The notes under the pieces: model-generated
What the model saw: only the letters and a program-made list of their open reading frames with translations
What the model was told of the DNA's origin: nothing
Databases searched by the model: none
Program-made: the position numbers and the translations under genes
Assembly (NCBI GenBank): GCA_951406725.2
Contig: OX597836.1
Coordinates: 37,386,001 to 37,450,000 of the forward strand
Direction: 5' to 3'
Source: Octopus vulgaris
Lineage: Eukaryota
DNA length: 64,000 bases
Shown here: positions 1 through 13,757 of the stretch, one piece after another
How the letters are laid out: the number at the start of each line of letters is the position of its first letter
How positions within the stretch are numbered: position 1 is the stretch's first letter

Positions 1-178
1 CTTCACTTAAACGATAACAAAACATTAAGGTATACACGAATGGTGGCCATGAAATGAATTTCGTGTGTGAACAGGCGACAGAATCGATTATCTTTATAAA
101 AATAACTTGAAATTTTTTGTTCTAAGAACAAATGAGCTGCAAATATAAATATTCAATCTCAGTTACATTGGTATATTA

Positions 179-420
<242 letters not shown>

Positions 421-699
421 TCTCCGTTGTCATCTTTCGACAACAACTTTGTTTTGTTCTAACTAAGATGGCGGACGCATCCCACCCTGTTCTATCACAG
501 GTCTTTCCAAATTAGTCAGTAGTCACTGTACCACTGTCCCACATCAGATACTTGATCAACGGTTTCAAAATTGGACGCAATATTACCTAAGCATGAGTAA
601 CTCACTTTAGCTTAATGGCTATTAAAGAATGCATATTACTTATATGAGTTAGGGAAAATGCTGCCTAACTAGGGACAGGACACTTCTAGTTGCGTTAGT

Positions 700-1007
<308 letters not shown>

Positions 1008-1210
1008 GCCGCACAATTTCCAAGTTTTGCAGTCTCAGAGGTGTGTCTACATCTTCTGACTATGGACAACCAGTGAGGAGAAAATAAAGATGGCTTCTAG
1101 CTGCAGATATTCAGGATAATTCTTTGGTCAACACAAGATGCATAGATGCTTTGATAAATTAGAGTCACCAGATAATTTTAAATATATTTCCAGATGGTAT
1201 ACATTATACC

Positions 1211-1426
1211 TATTTCTCTACTACCCACAAGGGGCTAAACACAGACAGACAAAGGGATTAAGTCGATTATATCGTCCCCCAGTGCGTAACTGGTACTTAT
1301 TTAATCGGCCCCGAAAAGATGAAAGGCAAAGTCGACCTCGGCGGAATTTGAACTCAGAGCGTAGCGGCAGACGAAATACTGCTAAGCGTTTCGCCCGGCG
1401 TGCTAACGGTTCTGCCAGCTAGCCGC
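1211..1426 (-). mobile_element. tRNA-derived SINE family A (Nin/Deu-type central domain) with 13-bp TSD
   Basis: Minus strand reads GCGGCTAGCTGGCAGAA...GAGTTCAAATTCC (B box)...GAGGTCGACTTTGCCTTTCATC...AAATAAGTACCAG. TSD TATACATTATACC at 1198-1210 and 1427-1439. Confidence 0.9.
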
Positions 1427-2179
1427 TATACATTATACCATTAACTGCACAATGACGTCAAGTAGTCGACGACTGGATACAGCTGAGTTTTGTTATTAAA
1501 TCTTATAACTCCAACTGTATTGAAGGTAACATGTGTTGAGTGTTACTTTCATTTGTTCCTTTACATATATAATGTAAGATCAATAAATATGGAATTAGAA
1601 CAAGACAGAGAGAAAAAACTTTGACAAATATGGTATTAGTTTTATGCATGCGTAGTAGAAAGGATTTGGAAGTGTTTTAACGTTTTAGATATTACTCCCT
1701 CTAACATAAAGTAAAAGAGAAGCAGAAAGGCATTAAAGAGGAAAAGAAACATATTGAGTGTATAAAAAAGAAAAAGATAGGTAAAAATTTATAAAGTTAA
1801 AAATTCAGGAAAGAAGGAATGGAGGTTGATGGTGAAGATTTATGAACAAAGTGGGAATACTATTCTGAAGAGTGATTTAAGGTAGTAGGAAGAAAACGCA
1901 CTTTCAAAGATCCTTATGTCACAGTATTTCGGTTTCTGAAATCGAGCATAAGAAAGAACATTGGACACATGAGGCTTGGAGGGGGAATATGCATGTGTAT
2001 AGATGCGGATAAGAGTCGTAGTATGGTGCTGTTAGTTAGCGGGTTTTCTGGGAGGACATTGACGCGCTTGTAACTGTTAAGTAGGTGGGAAATCATGTAT
2101 ATTACACTGTGGAGGCAAATGTGTGTGACTAAAGCTATCCATGAAGTACTTCAACACAACATGTGCAATGTATGAGGTA

Positions 2180-2556
2180 CTAGCAGTATCGCCCGGCGTT
2201 GCTCAGGTTTGTAAAGGAAATAACTATAAAGCATTTTTAGAGGGTTATAGCCAAAAAATAGCAAAAAAATGGAAAAAAAATTATGGTAAATTTTTTTTGA
2301 GAGTAAAAAAGGTGGAGTTGCGTCCCCTAGACAGTTTGTGTTTCTGATTCTTGACCCCATGTCGAATTTATCGATTTTTTTCAGAACTGGGGGAACTTTT
2401 CAAAATTTTCGCTGCGTTAGTTTTGAATTATGACATTGGGCTATGTGTGTGTCAAGTTTCATCAGAATCGGTTGAAAGCCGTGGTCAGGGTGAAGGTACA
2501 AGCAAACAGACACACAGAAACACGCACAGACAAACTGCCGTTTATATATAGAGAGA
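2180..2556 (-). mobile_element. Non-autonomous Helitron
   Basis: Minus strand begins TC(TCTC)TATATATAAAC and ends with the GC hairpin CCTGAGCAACGCCGGG followed by ...CTGCTAG. Inserted between A and T with no TSD. Confidence 0.8.
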
Positions 2557-2987
2557 TTATTTCCATGCAAATGCCAACCCACACAAGCTTGTAAGAGTGG
2601 GGAAGGGTTTTCCGGGCATGGTGGTTGGGAAAGAAAGAACAAACAGTTTTTAAATGTCGACATGCTAAAATTTTGAGATGAGGTGCTCAATCCGGGAAGC
2701 TGCTAGAATCTTAAGAATATGGTAAACGTTTCGAGAAAGTGAAGCTGTCGAAGAAGTAGTTGGAATAACATAGATGCTAGAAGATAAAAAGACAGACGTA
2801 GGGCGTTCATCGTCTTTTTTACTTTCTCAACTAAGAGCAGAACAAAAGTGGATATTAATTAAAAGCAAAAACAAATTGACGAAAAAATTAACGGAAAGGT
2901 TTTGTAAATATTTTCATAGTCGTCACGTGGGTAGGACATTTTCTTTTTTTTTCCTCTCTCTCTCTCTCCCTCTTTCTTTCTTTCTCT

Positions 2988-3393
2988 CTGGCAGAAACGT
3001 TAGCACACCGGGCGAAATGATTTGCAGTACTTCGTCTGCCGTTAAGTTCTGAGTTCAAATTCCGCCGAGGTCGACTTTGCCTTTCATCCTTTCGAGGTCG
3101 ATAAATTAAGTACCAGTTGCACACTGGAGTCGATGTAATCGACTTAGTCCGTTTGTATGCCCTTGTTTGTCCTCTCTGTGTTTAGCCCCTTGTGGGTAGT
3201 AAAGAAATAGGTATTTCGTCCGCCGCTACGTTCTGAGTTCAAATTCCGCCGAGGTCGACTTTGCCTTTCATCATTTCGGGATCGATTAAATAAGTACCAG
3301 TTAATGGGATCGATATAATCGACTTAATCCGTGTGTCTGTCCTTGTTTGTCCTCTCTGTGTTTAGCCCCACGTGGGTAGTAAAGAAACAGGTA
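2988..3393 (+). mobile_element. SINE family A head-to-tail dimer
   Basis: Full copy followed by a second body; junction AAAGAAATAGGTATTTCGTC at 3201-3220. Confidence 0.88.
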
Positions 3394-3562
3394 GTGACAG
3401 ATCTGAAAAATTGTGTTTATGAGTGCAAAGATATATTTGGTTCTGAAGCCTGATGGTTTAAGCAGCAGCAGCCGAAGATGGAAAAAAGAAGAAGAAGAAG
3501 AAGAAGAAGAAGAAGAAGAAGAAGAAGAAGAAGAAGAAGAAGAAGAAGATAAGAGCGGTATT

Positions 3563-3797
3563 ACCTATTTCTTTACTACCCACAAGGGGATATACACAGA
3601 AGGGACAAACAAGGACAGACAAACGGATTAAGTCGATTACTCGACCCCAGTGCGTAACTGGTACTTATTTAATCGATTCCGAAAGGATGAAAGGCAAAGT
3701 CGACCTCGGCGAAATTTGAACTCAGAACGTACCGGCAGACGAAATACGGCTACGCATTTCGCCCGGCGTGCTAACGTTTCTGCCAGCTCGCTGCCTT
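3563..3797 (-). mobile_element. SINE family A
   Basis: Same consensus as 1211-1426; 3' end abuts GTATTACC. Confidence 0.88.
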
Positions 3798-4477
3798 AGA
3801 CAGGATCAGTATTACCCCGTAGTAAAGGCTGTCAGTGAAATCCTGCTTTAATGATCAAGTGGCCTCACAGTGATCTGTTGTAGTAAACAGTAGAACTGTT
3901 CTAAATATGTCTATCGTTTTTAATATTTTCTCCTATAGATGTGTCATCGGTGACGAAAGCATTCAAATAAGGTTTATATTCTGTGATAAAATATGATTCT
4001 TTGCTAATGCACTGATTATAGGTTGCATTGTCCCTAAAATTATAGAGGGGAAAAATTCTAAAGCTGGGTTGTTCATTATTGGCGCAAATGTCGGTGTGTT
4101 GACTTAACGCTATTTTTCTGTATTCTCGTATTTAATCTGGGATCTGTTTTCGGTTATCCTCTGGCGTATACTGTATTTAGACTGACTTAAGAACTTTCCC
4201 CCTCTACAATACAACCTATAATCAGTGCATTAGTAGAGAATGATATTTTATCGCAAAATATACACTCCTTTTAGATCCTTCCACCATAGACAGCACTACT
4301 ACTGGGATCTTGGAATAATGTGCACGGGAATATTCAAAACGATATAGTCAGAACAATCATTACCAACGATTTTATTCAGAACATTTCCTACTGGTACTGC
4401 TACTACAATCAAATCCTGTTATTATGAGGCCACTTGACCATTAAAGCAAATTCCACGGGTAATAACACTCCTCTCTT

Positions 4478-4533
4478 TTTCTTCTTCTTCATTTTCTTCT
4501 TCTTCTTCTTCTTCTTCTCCTCCTCCTCCTTCT

Positions 4534-4564
<31 letters not shown>

Positions 4565-5115
4565 TTTTCCTTCATTGTTTCTTATTTCTTTTCCTCCTCT
4601 TCTTCTTCTTATTCTTCTTCTCCTCCAATCCTTCTTCTTCTTCTTCCTCTTCTTCTTCTTCTTTCTCCTTCTTCTTCTTCTTTATCCTTCTTCTTCTTCT
4701 TCTCCTTCTTCCTCTTCTTCTTCTTCTTCTTTCCTTCATTGTTTCTTCTTTCTTTTCCTCCTCCTCTTCTTCTTCTTTTTCTTCTTCTTCTCCTCCTCCT
4801 TCTTCTTCCTCTCCTTCTTCTTTCTTCTTCTTCTTCTTCTCCTCCTCCTCCTCCTTCTTCTTCTTCTTCTTCTTCTTCTTTCTCCTTCTTCTTCTTCTTC
4901 TTCTTCTTCTCCTTCCTCCTCTTCTTCTTCTTCTTCTTCTTCTTCTTCTTCTTCTTCTTCTTCTTCTTCTTCTTCTTCTTCTTCTTCTTCTTCTTCTTCT
5001 TCTTCTTCTTCTCCTTCCTCCTCTTCTTCTTCTTCTTCTTCTTCTTCTTCTTCTTCTTCTTCTTCTTCTTCTTCTTCTTTCCTTCATTGTTTCTTCTTTC
5101 TTTTCCTCCTCCTCC

Positions 5116-5146
<31 letters not shown>

Positions 5147-5240
5147 CTTCTTCTTCTTCTTCTTCTTCTTCTTTTCCCTTCATTTGTTTTTCTTTCCCTT
5201 CTCCTCCTTCTCCTTCTTCGGCTGCTGCTGCTGCTGCTGC
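4478..5240. repeat. (TTC)n/(CTC)n polypyrimidine tract ending in (GCT)n
   Basis: About 740 bp of pyrimidine-rich triplet repeat with a recurring TTCCTTCATTGTTTCTT subunit. Confidence 0.95.
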
Positions 5241-5565
5241 TTAACCCATCATACTTCAGAACCAAATATATTTTTGCACCCCAAAATAAAATTTTTTCAG
5301 ATCTGCCACTACCTACCTAACGAACATTCACAAAGGAGAAAAAGAGTCAGCGAGACAGAAAAAAGGAATATTTCCTACCTATTTGAAGACTATATTTTCA
5401 AAACATTTCATTTCATGTTTTCTTCAATTTAAACATTTTTCTTCTTAATTAGTATCCACATTTGTTTTACTCTTAATTGAAACGTCGAAAAGACAGGAAC
5501 CGGTATTAACCATTACAAAATGTATTTCATAATAGAATAACTTTAGCATTTTCTACTTTGTCTTA

Positions 5566-5636
<71 letters not shown>

Positions 5637-5736
5637 TTATATATACATATATATAGAATAAATTTATATATACATATATATACATATATATGCGAGTACG
5701 TCAATGTATATAATATATATATATGTATATATATTC

Positions 5737-5813
<77 letters not shown>

Positions 5814-5863
5814 TATATACATACAAACATATATTTATGAATATACACAGACACACACTCATT

Positions 5864-5910
<47 letters not shown>

Positions 5911-5921
5911 ATACATATTTG

Positions 5922-6020
<99 letters not shown>

Positions 6021-6180
6021 TGTACTGCAAGTTCATTCTACTCTTTTTATCGATCATTCCTACATAACATAACTCTTGTTGAAACGGACCAACATCAGAC
6101 GCTTTGCAGTCTATGTAATCATACATATGTATGTGTGTATGTACGTGTATGCCTGTGTGTACACACATATATATATATGC

Positions 6181-6263
<83 letters not shown>

Positions 6264-6536
6264 CACACACGCATCTGACAGATGTGATGGAGGCATCGTT
6301 TCTAAATTTCTTCAAGAAATTGAATTAAACCAAAATAAAGTGTGACAGTGTTAAATACTTTATATTTTAAATTTCATGTCTAGCGCTGGCGAATTTCACA
6401 TTTTGTCTGAACGTTAGACAAATTATAAGATTTAATGAGTTTAACAACATTTCGTTTTATTTAACTTAATTTATTGAATATATTTTTTACATATATGCAA
6501 ATAAGCTGAGGAAACAAACACAATCACCATTGATTT

Positions 6537-6552
6537 ATCATCATCATCATCA

Positions 6553-6613
<61 letters not shown>

Positions 6614-6672
6614 CATTATTATTATTATTATTGTTGTTATTATTATTATTATTATTATCATTATTATTATTA

Positions 6673-6733
<61 letters not shown>

Positions 6734-6762
6734 CATTATTATTATTATTACTACTATCATTA
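6537..6762. repeat. (TTA)n microsatellite with (CAT)n start
   Basis: Direct inspection. Confidence 0.97.
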
Positions 6763-7007
6763 TGAAAGACTCTCGGATAGTTCTTAATTATCCTTTATTC
6801 TTTACTTCAAAGCAGGCAATAACAAATCACCTGAGGTTTCAAGTATTACCCTCTCCTGTGACTCAAAGAGACAACGCTCTCCTTACAATGCGACCTGTAC
6901 CCAACAATGCTGTCTTCTGGATCACCTCGAGCCTGACAACAGCTCCAATATTCTTAATATGCTTTTTAAAGCCCTTAGAAACTGCGCCTAATGCTCCAAT
7001 TACCTCC
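6763..7007 (-). mobile_element. 3' fragment of an RLE-type non-LTR retrotransposon (Dong/R4-like)
   Basis: Minus strand translates EVIGALGAVSKGFKKHIKNIGAVVRLEVIQKTALLGTGRIVRRALSL*, the C-terminal motif typical of R4/Dong-type ORFs. The 3' end runs directly into (TAA)n. Confidence 0.75.
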
Positions 7008-7461
7008 TATTTCACCATTACTTTCCTCATGCCATTATCATTATTATTATCGTCATCATCATTGTTATTAATATCATGTAATGCGGCGAGCTGGCAGAAT
7101 CGTATACTTGCCGGACAGAATGCTTGACGGCAATTCGTCCATCTTTGTGTTTTGATTTCTGATTCGGCCTTTCATCCTTTCAGAGTTATAAAAATACTTC
7201 CCCTATAATTGAACTTGATTTTAGTTTAACGTATGCAAAGTTTCGTGAAGATTGGTTTACCAGTGTAGGTATCAAGATGATAACAAACAGATCGACAGAC
7301 AGAAATTTCCATTTATCTATTAGATATACACGACGGGCCTCCTCCGGTCTCCGTCAACCAAATATAGACATCGGCCCCTATCAAACAGAAACACGTAAAG
7401 ATCCTTAGTTTTTTGATTTTTTAATCTTGAAATATATTTCGGAAGCTGTTAGTTTGGACGA

Positions 7462-7877
7462 TCTCTTTTACTCTTTTACTTGTTTCAGTCATTTGACTGC
7501 GTCCATGCTGGAGCACCGCCTTTAGTCGAGCAAATCGACCCAAGACTTATTCTTTGTAAGCCTAGTACTTATTCTATCGGTCTCTTTTGCCGAACCGCTA
7601 GGTGACGGCGACGTAAACACACCAGCATCGGTTGTCAAGTAATGCTAGGAGGACAAACACAGACACACAAACATACACACACATATATATACATATACAT
7701 ATACATATATATACGACGGGCCTCTTTCAATTTCCGTCTACCAAATCCACTCACAAGGCATTGATCGGCCCGAGGCTATAGTAGAAGACACTTGCCCAAC
7801 ATGCCAAGGAGTGGGACTGAACCCGGAACCATGTGGCTGGTAAGCAAACTACTTACCACACAGCCACTCCTGTGCCT
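7462..7877 (-). mobile_element. SINE family B (tRNA head, CORE-like TTGGGCAAGTGTCTT, internal TA/TG tract, GTAAAAGA tail)
   Basis: Consensus shared with 9290-9698, 21232-21785, 25955-26340 and others. Confidence 0.88.
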
Positions 7878-8819
7878 GTTGATTAATGCATAGGTGCTAT
7901 ACCGTACGAAACAGTACTGTACTGTGAAAAGCAGTAGTAATTATAAAACTTTATCATTCGCCACAATTCACCATTAAATTAGTCAGAATCTAGAAATATT
8001 CTTTCGTCTATTCACATTTTTATGAACAAGTACTTTACAACAACAATAAAACATTTTATGATATCAAAATATAGCGAAAGAATTTAATATCTAATATGTT
8101 GTTTTGACTGAAGCTAGAGATAATGTTTGTTTAGCTGCAGCAGTTATTGGAAGTATTTCATGTCAAATTTGGCAAATTCTACAAAATTCTACAAATTAAG
8201 TGCTTGCCATCGGCTGTTTTGTTTCATCCTGGTTGTCTCTTAACAACAAAGGTGTTCCACAAAGCAATTCCTGTACCGAAAGATGAACTATCAAAGAACC
8301 AATGGCCAGCAGAGATCTTTCGAAAAACAACTTCAAATGTTGGACGTCTAGATATGAAAGAATTAATAATCAATCGCATTTGCTTACCTTTCTTTAATGG
8401 AGTATTTTTATGAAAACGTGTTTTGTTTAGTTTTTTTTTTCTTGCTTTTGTTTGCTTATAAGTGGAAATATCTCACTCTTCAAATACATGCAAAGCATAC
8501 GATCAAAGCATTTCTTAAAGGAAGAGTTTTGTGAATCTACAGTTTTAAAATACTCATGTGTATAACTCTCAAGATCTCGATAGATATATATCTTGCCCCA
8601 CTTTCCATTTCAAATTTTTAAAGGCTTTTCGAGTTTTCCATTTTTAAGCAATACTAGAGATGATGTGACTCTGCTTTCTGCACAAAATCATCATAAAAAG
8701 TACCCTGAATTCCCATTCCACATACCCCATATCTTTCAGAACATTTTCTCTGCAATCTTTCAAAACTTGTTCAGCCACTTCAACCATTCCTTCTCCATCT
8801 TTAAACATTATAACAACTT

Positions 8820-9050
8820 GTGAAAGGTAAGAGAGTCCAGTTTGCTGGACATTGTTGTAGAGCTGAAAACGAGGTAATTTCTACTCTTCTCCTCTGGAAG
8901 CCATCTGCTCGCGATACCAGAGGGCGCACACTCTCCTACCCTGATGTAATCTCCAGGGATACAGGCATCCAATAATGCTATGATGGACTGTGAGGACTGG
9001 CGTAACAGTAAATTCCATTGTTTCGACCACAGTCGAACAATGATGATGAG
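8820..9050 (+). mobile_element. RTE-clade LINE 3' fragment
   Basis: Translates VKGKRVQFAGHCCRAENEVISTLLLWKPSARDTRGRTLSYPDVISRDTG...AMMDCEDWRN and ends in an (ATG)n tail. Confidence 0.7.
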
Positions 9051-9289
9051 TGTATGCCCGTACAGAAGCTGACCGAAATTTAATCCCAAAATAATTTTAA
9101 AGTTTCTATTTCAACCTATTATCCAACCATATTGCTCTGAACATTAGAAGTAAATTTGCTTTCATTCTATTCGTCATTTTCTTTTTCAACTTGAAACTTA
9201 AATCTTTTCTTTTCGTCGATTAACAAAATGTTATTGCAATTCATCATAAATTATCTTACTTTTCGTTGTGGTTTCTTTTAAGCTCATGC

Positions 9290-9404
9290 TTATGGATCCG
9301 GTTTCAGTCCCACTACGTGGCACCTTGAGCAAGTGTCTTCTACTATAGCCTCGTGCCGACCAAAGTCTTGTGAGTGGATTTGGTAGACGAAACTGAAAGA
9401 AGCC

Positions 9405-9468
<64 letters not shown>

Positions 9469-9698
9469 GGGGGACGTATGTTTGTGTGTCTGTGTTTGTC
9501 CCACCAACATCGCTTGACAACCGATGGTGGTGTGTATACGTCCCCGTAACTTAGCGGTTCGGCAAAAAAGCCCGATAGAATAAGTACTAGGCTTACAAAG
9601 AATAAGTCCTGGGGTCGATTTGCTCGACTAACTGCGGTGCTCCAGCATGGCTACAGTCAAATGACTGAAACCAGTAAAAGTGTAAAAGAGTAAAGAGT
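9290..9698 (+). mobile_element. SINE family B
   Basis: Family B consensus; expanded internal (TA)n; GTAAAAGA tail. Confidence 0.85.
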
Positions 9699-9787
9699 AT
9701 ACACATATATTCACAACTTACTTGAGCAACACACGCGCCTGCTCAGTACCAAATAGAAGCACAAACATATACAAACAAGGATACATG

Positions 9788-10118
9788 AGGAGACCCCTTC
9801 GACCATGACTGACCATGGGATTGCACCTAGAAAGTTACCCTCCGAGCCACAAGTCCGGGCAAGGTTGTTTTATGGAAAACCAGTAGTCGCCCATGCATAC
9901 CAGCCTCCCCTCTCCGCACCACTGATGTTATCCAAGGGAAAGGCAAAGGGGCCGATACAGCCTGGCACCAGTGATGTCGCAACTCATTTCTACAGCTGTG
10001 TGAACTGGAGCAACGTGAAACAAAATGTCTTGCTCAAGAACACAACACGCAGCCCGGTCCGGGAATCGAACTCACAACCTCACGATCGTAAGCTCGACGC
10101 TCTAACCACTGCGCCATG
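9788..10118 (-). mobile_element. SINE family C (tRNA head, GTGTTCTTGAGCAAG motif)
   Basis: Reverse-complement match to 42868-43200; A box CAGTGGTTAGAGC and B box GAGTTCGATTCC. Confidence 0.85.
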
Positions 10119-10184
10119 CAAGGACACTTAAATATCAGCACACATACACACACTGCAATAGCACACAATGTTGTACACTAAGAT

Positions 10185-10500
10185 GACCTGAAGATGTCAT
10201 GCTTAAACATCAGAACCATTACGTACAAGACTGACAGCCTTATCGACATTCTGTTTTTGCACATAACTCTCCATACTGAACATGGATATCACTGCCTTCA
10301 GTGAAGTCTGTATTGCATATGAAGGCAGCCTTTAAGAATATGGCCGGGCTACACTCTCTATTGATCCGACAATCCACACCCTGAACGACGTCTGTATGGC
10401 GTCGGCTTCATGATCAGAAACTCAATTGCCTCGAAACTAGAAAGTCTTGCAACAATTTATATAGACTGCATCATCTTTATTCCCTTCCCATCCAACAGAA
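10185..10500 (+). mobile_element. Decayed AP-endonuclease region of an RTE LINE
   Basis: Fragmentary translation LNMDITAFSEV...EGSL*E...GYTLY...ERRLYGVGFMIRNSIASKLESL. Confidence 0.7.
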
Positions 10501-11543
10501 ACACCTGCTACCCCACCAAATATATACATTAACTCCGTTCCCTCCGTCCCCATCCTCTCTGCGATCCTGAACTAGAATCTTTGACTGAGGTCCCATACAT
10601 GGCGAGTCTATTCATTTCACGTATTTACCCACTTTTAACCAAGCTTGTTTTCCATCCATGCTACAGCCTGCAGTTCTGTTCTTACTCCACGAATTACACC
10701 CAGCATCTTCTTACTGCTCCCGTACCATCTCTCAGTCCTGACCCGACCAACAAACGTACCATAAACCGTCACTTCTGCCATCTCCAGTACGAATACGTCA
10801 CTTTTTTGTTTCCATCACTTCAGTACTACATCTGCACTATTTTTCATACGTTTTTGCATCTCTACTATTTAATCTGTTTTGACATTTTGCAATTTTGTCG
10901 AGTTTTTATCTTTTGAAATCATTGTAATTTTACCAACTTAAAATTTGGGGGGACTTTGTATTTCGTTTTGGATTTCCAGCATTTCGAAGATTATATTAAT
11001 GGATTTTTTGGAAGGCGAGGTTCAGTTTTTATCTTTTTTTTCTCACAGTTGCAAGCCTGAAAAAGCCCATTTTGATAACTACGTACATTTCATTTGTTTT
11101 CTACGCAAGCACATGCGCACAAATAACTTCTTTCACCTTGCAAACACCATCCTGCACCACTTCACACGCTTCTTAACACATGCACACATGCACACATGCT
11201 CACTCAGTCTTGCAAATACATGTTTATACCACCTACTTACATTTACACTGAAATATATCCCCTGTTCTCCGCAGGCCATCGCCATCAAATTTAAACACCA
11301 ACACACACATCTATAAACTTTCATACGTATCAATAACAAACATGCCAACACGATTCTCTCTATTGTCAGCTTCCAAACGCAAACACTCCGAAATATACAA
11401 CCAACCACGCACCTGCTATGATGAGCTATGGGAAGAGGTTGAAATAACAGCAACTTTATACTATGGTGTAATTTATGAATACATCAATAAATCTCACTGA
11501 AACAGCTGTGGTAAGTTTTAAAATTTTAAATCCAAATTAAGTT

Positions 11544-11599
<56 letters not shown>

Positions 11600-11857
11600 T
11601 TAGACACAAAACCACTATATTGCAAATCAAACAAGGAAAGACTTAATCAATACATAAAAAAATTTTAATAATTTTAATTATTTATTTATTTACTTTATAT
11701 TACAATTTTTTTATGTATTGATTAAGTCTTTCCTTGTTTGATTTGCAAAATAGTGGTTTTGTCTCTAATTAATATTATATAATATTTTACTATAAAATTG
11801 GATTCAATCCTAAATCTGATTTTTCCCTGTAAATTTGGATTTATTCCTAATATTTAT

Positions 11858-11897
<40 letters not shown>

Positions 11898-12119
11898 TAT
11901 TAACCGGTGTTGTTCAAATGATGAATAGCTTTGCGTAAACCATTGGTTCGTTTTGTTCTCTTACTTTATTATCATCTTATAATCATCTCATAATAATGAC
12001 CTTTATGACTCGTATTACTACCTCAGTCAATCTAAGTGTATATATTTGTCGTTACCTGTCATAAATAGCCTTTTTCTATTTGCAATATGCATTTTCGTTG
12101 ATTTTTCATATTTCACCCC

Positions 12120-12154
<35 letters not shown>

Positions 12155-12164
12155 ATAAACGATA

Positions 12165-12282
12165 AACGTCGCCCTTTTCAAGCCTAGCAAGGCTCATCGG
12201 CCCGGTTTCTGTGGCGTATGTGTTCCCCCCCAGCTGGACGAGACGCCAGTCCATCGCAGCGTTACTCAAGAAACAAGAAGAG

Positions 12283-12335
<53 letters not shown>

Positions 12336-12484
12336 TTGTGGCGAAAGAGTACAACAGGTTCACCACCATCCCCTGTCTGAGCCTCGTGGAGCTTTTTGGT
12401 GTTTTCGCTCAATAAACACACACAACGCCCGGTCTGGGAATCGAAACCGCGATCCTCCGACCTCGAGTCCGCTGCCCTAACCAC
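12165..12484 (-). mobile_element. SINE family D
   Basis: Matches 58887-59190 and 44597-45010 (GTGGTTAGGGCAGCGGACTC...GGTTTCGATTCCC). Confidence 0.85.
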
Positions 12485-12485
12485 A

Positions 12486-12516
<31 letters not shown>

Positions 12517-13524
12517 CAAAATTGCCGTCTGGTATTATTATTGCTTTTGCCACTACTTTGTCACTTTTGTCACTACATTAAAAAGAAATTTATAATAAAT
12601 TTTGGAATCACATCGAAAGTTGTAATCATCTGTTGTCTTTTACAACATAAGATATGTGTGTATAGTTGAGTTACGTAATTACCAACATAATTGTACAGTA
12701 ACGGAATAATATTATAAATACGTGGCTGAAATAAACCTCAGAAATGCTTTGCCCGACGCAGAATCTCCAAGAGTTACCCAGACGTTATACAAACGTTTCT
12801 AAATCCATCACAATCCATCCATTGTAATGTTGGAAACCCTACTGTATCGTCAGCTGCTATCCAAGTGTCACAAGTGTTTCGCATTTCATCCTGTACGCTT
12901 TGTCTGGGTGAAACAGCGAGGACTGAAATACTCATCGCCTGCAGGATACTCCTCTTTAGGTCTCTTATAAACCATAGCTACCTTGAGTGTGTTTCTGCTG
13001 CCGTTCTTTTTTCATTAGTGTCTTTCTGCAGTTGTCTCGGTTCCACACCAATCTTCTGTAGAAAATACTGCACCGATTTAGCTGAAAAGCAGCAGTGGCC
13101 GACTTCATAAGGAATGACGCCTCGTGCCTTCCCTTGACAAAGGCCTTGTCGATCAAATCCCGATATTTGGTTTTCTTTCACTGGTAAGAAATATTGAGTC
13201 TGTCCTTGCAGGGCACTGTGGGGTCGACCTGATTATTGTTTTGTACTCCTGGAGAACAAGAACATGCTCGGTCGGGAAAACGCTACCACTGTAGCCTCTG
13301 GCAAGTTGGGTCTGGTCTTCCAGCCTATTTGCATCTTCTAGCCTGAGGCTGGAAGCAAAATAGAAAACTGGTCCCCTGCATTTACTTTCGTCTTGGAAGC
13401 TATATTGCCTTCTCCTAGGATTCTGACACCCTTAGTTCATGTTGACAATGTTTTTTAGCCTTAAACCTTTGCAGACCACTCCTCTTGGCAATCTCTGTAA
13501 GGCCTTTGTCATGTCTCCACTTAT

Positions 13525-13757
13525 ATCTATTTCTAGTTCTTTACTACCCACAAGGGGCTAAACACAGAGAGGACAAACAAGAACAGACAAACGGATTAAG
13601 TTGATTATATCGACTCCAGTGCGTAACTGGTACTTATTTAATCGACCCCGAAAGGATGAAAGGCAAAGTCTACCTCGACAGAATTTGAACTCAGAACGTA
13701 ATGGCAGACGAAATACGGCTACGCATTTCGCCCGGCGTGCTAACGATTCAGCCAGCT
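13525..13757 (-). mobile_element. SINE family A
   Basis: Family A consensus. Confidence 0.85.

Larger units (their letters stand above)
2811..5494. repeat. Large degenerate inverted repeat (fold-back), left arm interrupted by SINEs
   Basis: Reverse-complement matches: 2811-2950 with 5355-5494; 3393-3480 with 5215-5315; 3805-3870 with 4420-4470; 3975-4050 with 4197-4262. The (GAA)n at 3487 mirrors the (TTC)n at 4478-5215. Confidence 0.75.

Noticed and set aside
1860-2100. Possible decayed GIY-YIG C-terminus on the minus strand (similar hint at 10530-10640)
   Set aside because: Similarity is too weak to support without a profile search.
12730-13520. Higher-complexity stretch suggesting an exon or LTR pol fragment
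   Set aside because: Stops in the frames I examined and only marginal motif resemblance; cannot be assigned.
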